A stretch of DNA of 64,000 nt from an uncultured Butyrivibrio sp. GTDB lineage: Bacteria; Bacillota; Clostridia; Lachnospirales; Lachnospiraceae. The stretch lies in assembly GCA_946536145.1 (NCBI GenBank), contig CAMNEA010000005.1, positions 16,998 through 80,997 on the forward strand, in the 5' to 3' direction. Below are positions 60,816-64,000 of the stretch, piece by piece; positions within the stretch are counted from its first letter, which is position 1, and every line of letters begins with the position of its first letter. The translations under genes and the position numbers were made by a program. The notes beneath the pieces were generated by a model. It saw nothing but the letters and a program-made list of their open reading frames with translations. It did no database searches and had not been told where the DNA came from.

Positions 60816-62315
60816 ATGGTTAAGTACAAAAAGACCTTAAAAAACATAATAATGTCGATTGCCTTCCTTTTGGTTCTTGCGCTGTGCATCGCCGCATCGG
60901 TGACGGTTCTTAGAAGAAAGGACAGCCGCTACAAGTACGCGGACTTTTTTGAAAAGGCTAAAGCGGACCAGATAGACGTGCTGTTTATCGGTTCATCTCA
61001 TGTGATAAATGCCATCAACCCTTCGGTGCTCTTTGATGAGTACGGGATAACCTCCTACAACATGGGAGGTCACGGTTCGGTGATGCAGGCAACCTATTGG
61101 GAACTAAAGGAGGCTCTGCAGTATACGAAGCCAAAGTGCGTCGTTGTTGACACTTTCCTTATGCAAAAGAACTATCAGTACCTCGATCTTATGTATGAGG
61201 ACTCCGATGAGAGCGAGCGCAGGTCATCAATACAGCAGCTCCATCTCAACATGGACGTATGGCCCTTAAACGACCTCAAGGTCGAGGCGATAAAAGATCT
61301 TATCTATGACGAGGATATTCAGAAGGAGTTTCTTTTCGACTTTCTGGTATACCACAGCAGATGGGATGAGCTTTCAAAAAATGACTTCGAGGCTCTGACC
61401 GGGAAGGCGGAAAAGAATCCTTACTTCGGAAGTGAGATGAGATATGGCATAGAGCTGACCCCCGGCTTTTTCCCGGATCCTGAGGAGGGGGAGATGCTCG
61501 ATGACGTGACAGTCGGCATGTTTTATCTAAAGCGGATCATTGAGGAGTGCCAGGATAATGATATCGAAGTCATTGTGACTTTTTATCCCTGCAGTGCCAC
61601 CACCGAGGACAAAAAAGCTGCTAACAGCGCCGCATATATCTGTGACAGGATGGATGTTCCCTTTGTCGACATGAATGACAGGGACATCGTGGATATGTAC
61701 ACCGATTTAAATGATACCGGACACCTTAGTGTTACCGGATCGATCAAGGTAACCAGGTATATTGGCGGGATCATTGCAGAGAGCGGAGACTATGAGGATC
61801 ACAGAGATGACCCGGCATACGCGGACTGGCAGAGCGGAGCGGACTTTTTTTACGACGAGGTAAAAGACCTGGCGGTCGATTCCGACGATATTTACCAGCA
61901 GCTCAACTACCTCTCAATGGGAGAGACCGGGGCGATCATATATGTAAATGACGGCTCTGAGGCCTTTGTGGATGAGGAATTTGCAAGACTTATCAAGAAT
62001 ATCTCTGGGACTGATAAGTTTGAAAAGACAAGAGGTCCGTACATCCTGATAAGTGACCCGGGATCGGGTGCCGTGTACGAGGCCTTTGGCGGCGACCTTC
62101 TGGAAGGAGCAGACACCGCTTTCGGAAGGCTCTTTTACCAGCCTGTTGAGCATATGTTCAGGATATTGTATGCTGAAGGAGATGAGGATAACAACTATCT
62201 CTACGATGATGGCAAGCTTGATTACGATATACAGATAATAACCTATGACAGGGACCTTGGAGATGAGTTGTCCCACAAATACTACAGATCATATGGAGGC
62301 AGATATGAGCGATAA
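60816..62315 (+). CDS. Membrane-anchored SGNH-like protein, partner of the MBOAT
   Basis: N-terminal TM, FIGSSH, YHSRW, DTGHL. Confidence 0.7.
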   Translation: MVKYKKTLKNIIMSIAFLLVLALCIAASVTVLRRKDSRYKYADFFEKAKADQIDVLFIGSSHVINAINPSVLFDEYGITSYNMGGHGSVMQATYWELKEALQYTKPKCVVVDTFLMQKNYQYLDLMYEDSDESERRSSIQQLHLNMDVWPLNDLKVEAIKDLIYDEDIQKEFLFDFLVYHSRWDELSKNDFEALTGKAEKNPYFGSEMRYGIELTPGFFPDPEEGEMLDDVTVGMFYLKRIIEECQDNDIEVIVTFYPCSATTEDKKAANSAAYICDRMDVPFVDMNDRDIVDMYTDLNDTGHLSVTGSIKVTRYIGGIIAESGDYEDHRDDPAYADWQSGADFFYDEVKDLAVDSDDIYQQLNYLSMGETGAIIYVNDGSEAFVDEEFARLIKNISGTDKFEKTRGPYILISDPGSGAVYEAFGGDLLEGADTAFGRLFYQPVEHMFRILYAEGDEDNNYLYDDGKLDYDIQIITYDRDLGDELSHKYYRSYGGRYER

Positions 62316-62922
62316 GGTATGTATAGTAGGAATTGCAGGAGGAACTGCGTCAGGAAAGACCACGATTGTGAGAAAGATCAAGGAGAAGTTTGGCGACGAC
62401 ATTGTTGTCATAAACCATGACTCTTATTACAAGGCTCACGATGATCTCTCCTACGAGGACAGGAGCAGGCTCAATTACGATCACCCCGAGTCCTTTGACA
62501 CCGACCTCATGATACGGGATGTCAAAAAACTCAAGAAAAGCATTCCGATAGATATGCCCGTCTATGACTACACTATACACAACAGGGCGGATTCCACGGT
62601 ACACGTTGTGCCCAAGAAAGTCATCATCTTAGAGGGCATCCTTATCCTCGAGAGCAGGGCACTTCGCGACCTCATGGACATCAAGGTGTTCGTCGATACC
62701 GACGCTGATGAGAGGCTCATGCGCAGGATAAGAAGAGATATGATCGAGCGCGCAAGGAGCATCGAGTCAATCCTTACGCAGTATACCGAGACCGTCAAGC
62801 CCATGCACGAGCAGTTTGTTGAACCCAGCAAAAAATATGCTGACATTATCATCCCAAGGGGCGGTGAGAACCTCACAGGGATCAGCATCCTCCAGGAACA
62901 TTTAAAGCTTATGATGTCTTAA
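62305..62922 (+). CDS. udk: Uridine kinase
   Basis: GIAGGTASGKTT, DSYY, NYDHP, EGIL, RRIRRD..ER.R, VKPMH..FVEPSK.YAD. Confidence 0.95.
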   Translation: MSDKVCIVGIAGGTASGKTTIVRKIKEKFGDDIVVINHDSYYKAHDDLSYEDRSRLNYDHPESFDTDLMIRDVKKLKKSIPIDMPVYDYTIHNRADSTVHVVPKKVIILEGILILESRALRDLMDIKVFVDTDADERLMRRIRRDMIERARSIESILTQYTETVKPMHEQFVEPSKKYADIIIPRGGENLTGISILQEHLKLMMS

Positions 62923-62969
62923 AATATTGAATTACAAGTGATAACAAGGATAAATTAGGAGGCCGCGCT

Positions 62970-64000
62970 TTGCAGTTTGTTTTGTCTCTTCTAAGTCTCC
63001 TGCTGTGGCTCTACATTGTGCCAATACTGGCGGGGATCTTGTTTAACTTCATATTGCCCAGGGACAAGAGAACTGTCGGGATCACCTTCATTCTTGGATT
63101 TCTTGTCAGCATGGCCGTCTTTGAGATCGTATCCATCGGCGCGATGACCATGGTCACCTTCAGCGCCTTTACCTACTGCAGACGCATCTATATTGCGGTG
63201 ATGCTGCTGCTTGACGTGCTGGGAGTACTTAGATGCGTACAGCTTTTTAAAAGAGGTGATAACAGATTCCAGTGTCTTTTCCCGGGAGAAGTCCACGCAA
63301 GCGCAAGGGATTTCATGAACCCAAGAGCTGATACCGCGATGTTCAGGCCGGACTACCCGGTATCGAGCCTTGTAATGTGGGGGCTTTTCTTTGCCGTTAT
63401 CGTCTTTCAGATGGTCATGAGCGTAGTAATGGCAAGCTTTGACGGCGACGATGCCTACTATGTTGTACAATCGCTCCAGGCGCAGCAGGTTGATGTGATG
63501 AACACGATCAATCCCTACCTTGGCATATCGACATCCCTTGATATCAGGCATGCACTTGCTGTCATCACCATGTGGATAGCATTTATCGCCAGGGTGAGCG
63601 GCATTCACGCAACGATTGTAAACCACGTCGTAATGCCGATTTTCCTGATCCCCCTTGTTTATCTTGTATATGTTGAGATCGGGAGGATCCTGTTCAGGAA
63701 AAGACAGGCACTTATCCCGATGTTCATGCTTATAATCTCATTTCTTATGATGTTTGGAAATGTGTCAATATATACACCCGCAACGTTCTTTCTTATGAGG
63801 ACCTGGCAGGGCAAGGCAATGGTTGCGAACCTTGTGTTTCCGATGATCTTCTGGATATTCCTCTGGATGATGGAAAATGCCGCTGCTCTTCGCGAGAGGC
63901 TTAAGAGCCCTGCAAGTCTCTTTACGAGAAGAGAGGAGTGGTGCGGCTTTGTCATGCTTGCTCTCGTAAACATGTTCTCAGGGATGTGCAGCTCCATGGG
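62970..64000 (+). CDS. DUF6077-like polytopic membrane protein (partial, runs off right edge; absent from the ORF track)
   Basis: AGGAGG RBS then TTG 62970. Reads MQFVLSLLSLLLWLYIVP...FDGDDAYYVVQS...PYLG...LDIRHALA...RTWQGKA. Confidence 0.75.
   Translation, partial: MQFVLSLLSLLLWLYIVPILAGILFNFILPRDKRTVGITFILGFLVSMAVFEIVSIGAMTMVTFSAFTYCRRIYIAVMLLLDVLGVLRCVQLFKRGDNRFQCLFPGEVHASARDFMNPRADTAMFRPDYPVSSLVMWGLFFAVIVFQMVMSVVMASFDGDDAYYVVQSLQAQQVDVMNTINPYLGISTSLDIRHALAVITMWIAFIARVSGIHATIVNHVVMPIFLIPLVYLVYVEIGRILFRKRQALIPMFMLIISFLMMFGNVSIYTPATFFLMRTWQGKAMVANLVFPMIFWIFLWMMENAAALRERLKSPASLFTRREEWCGFVMLALVNMFSGMCSSM

Noticed and set aside
1-64000. Transposases, integrases, invertible-promoter recombinases, tRNA/rRNA
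   Set aside because: None were recognisable by eye in the ORF track or the intergenic regions.

Overview
This is a ~64 kb surface-glycan (capsule/EPS/cell-wall polysaccharide) gene region, entirely on the + strand. It is probably from a Lachnospiraceae/Butyrivibrio-like anaerobe, inferred from gene content and RBS/promoter style. It contains: one priming phosphoglycosyltransferase; two Wzx flippases; 3-4 Wzy/ligase-like membrane proteins; GT2 and GT4 enzymes; VioA/VioB-like and PseC-like sugar-nucleotide enzymes; two MBOAT+SGNH/DHHW O-acylation pairs and two acyltransferase-3 genes (the first acyltransferase and first MBOAT are disrupted); about six GT-C-like membrane proteins with two polyprenol-phosphate GT2s; a radical SAM/SPASM enzyme; a CotH kinase; an SGNH lipoprotein; and udk. 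The best candidate for an undescribed system is the cassette LicD - opine dehydrogenase - PLP (CobD/HisC-type) enzyme - cytidylyltransferase - LicD (7.5-11.9 kb). It reads as a pathway that makes and transfers a CDP-activated N-(1-carboxyethyl)-aminoalcohol phosphate ('opine phosphodiester') onto the glycan. Other highlights: (1) the 4-TM N-terminal module of the priming enzyme is reused on two different second-step GTs; (2) a Wzy-like protein is fused to 14 YD-like repeats; (3) a pyruvyl-transferase-family gene is paired with FrhB/ferredoxin genes; (4) a 1.7-kb non-coding island holds two tandem-repeat arrays and a duplicated hairpin-rich element. All product calls come from motif recognition by eye. 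No database searches were run.
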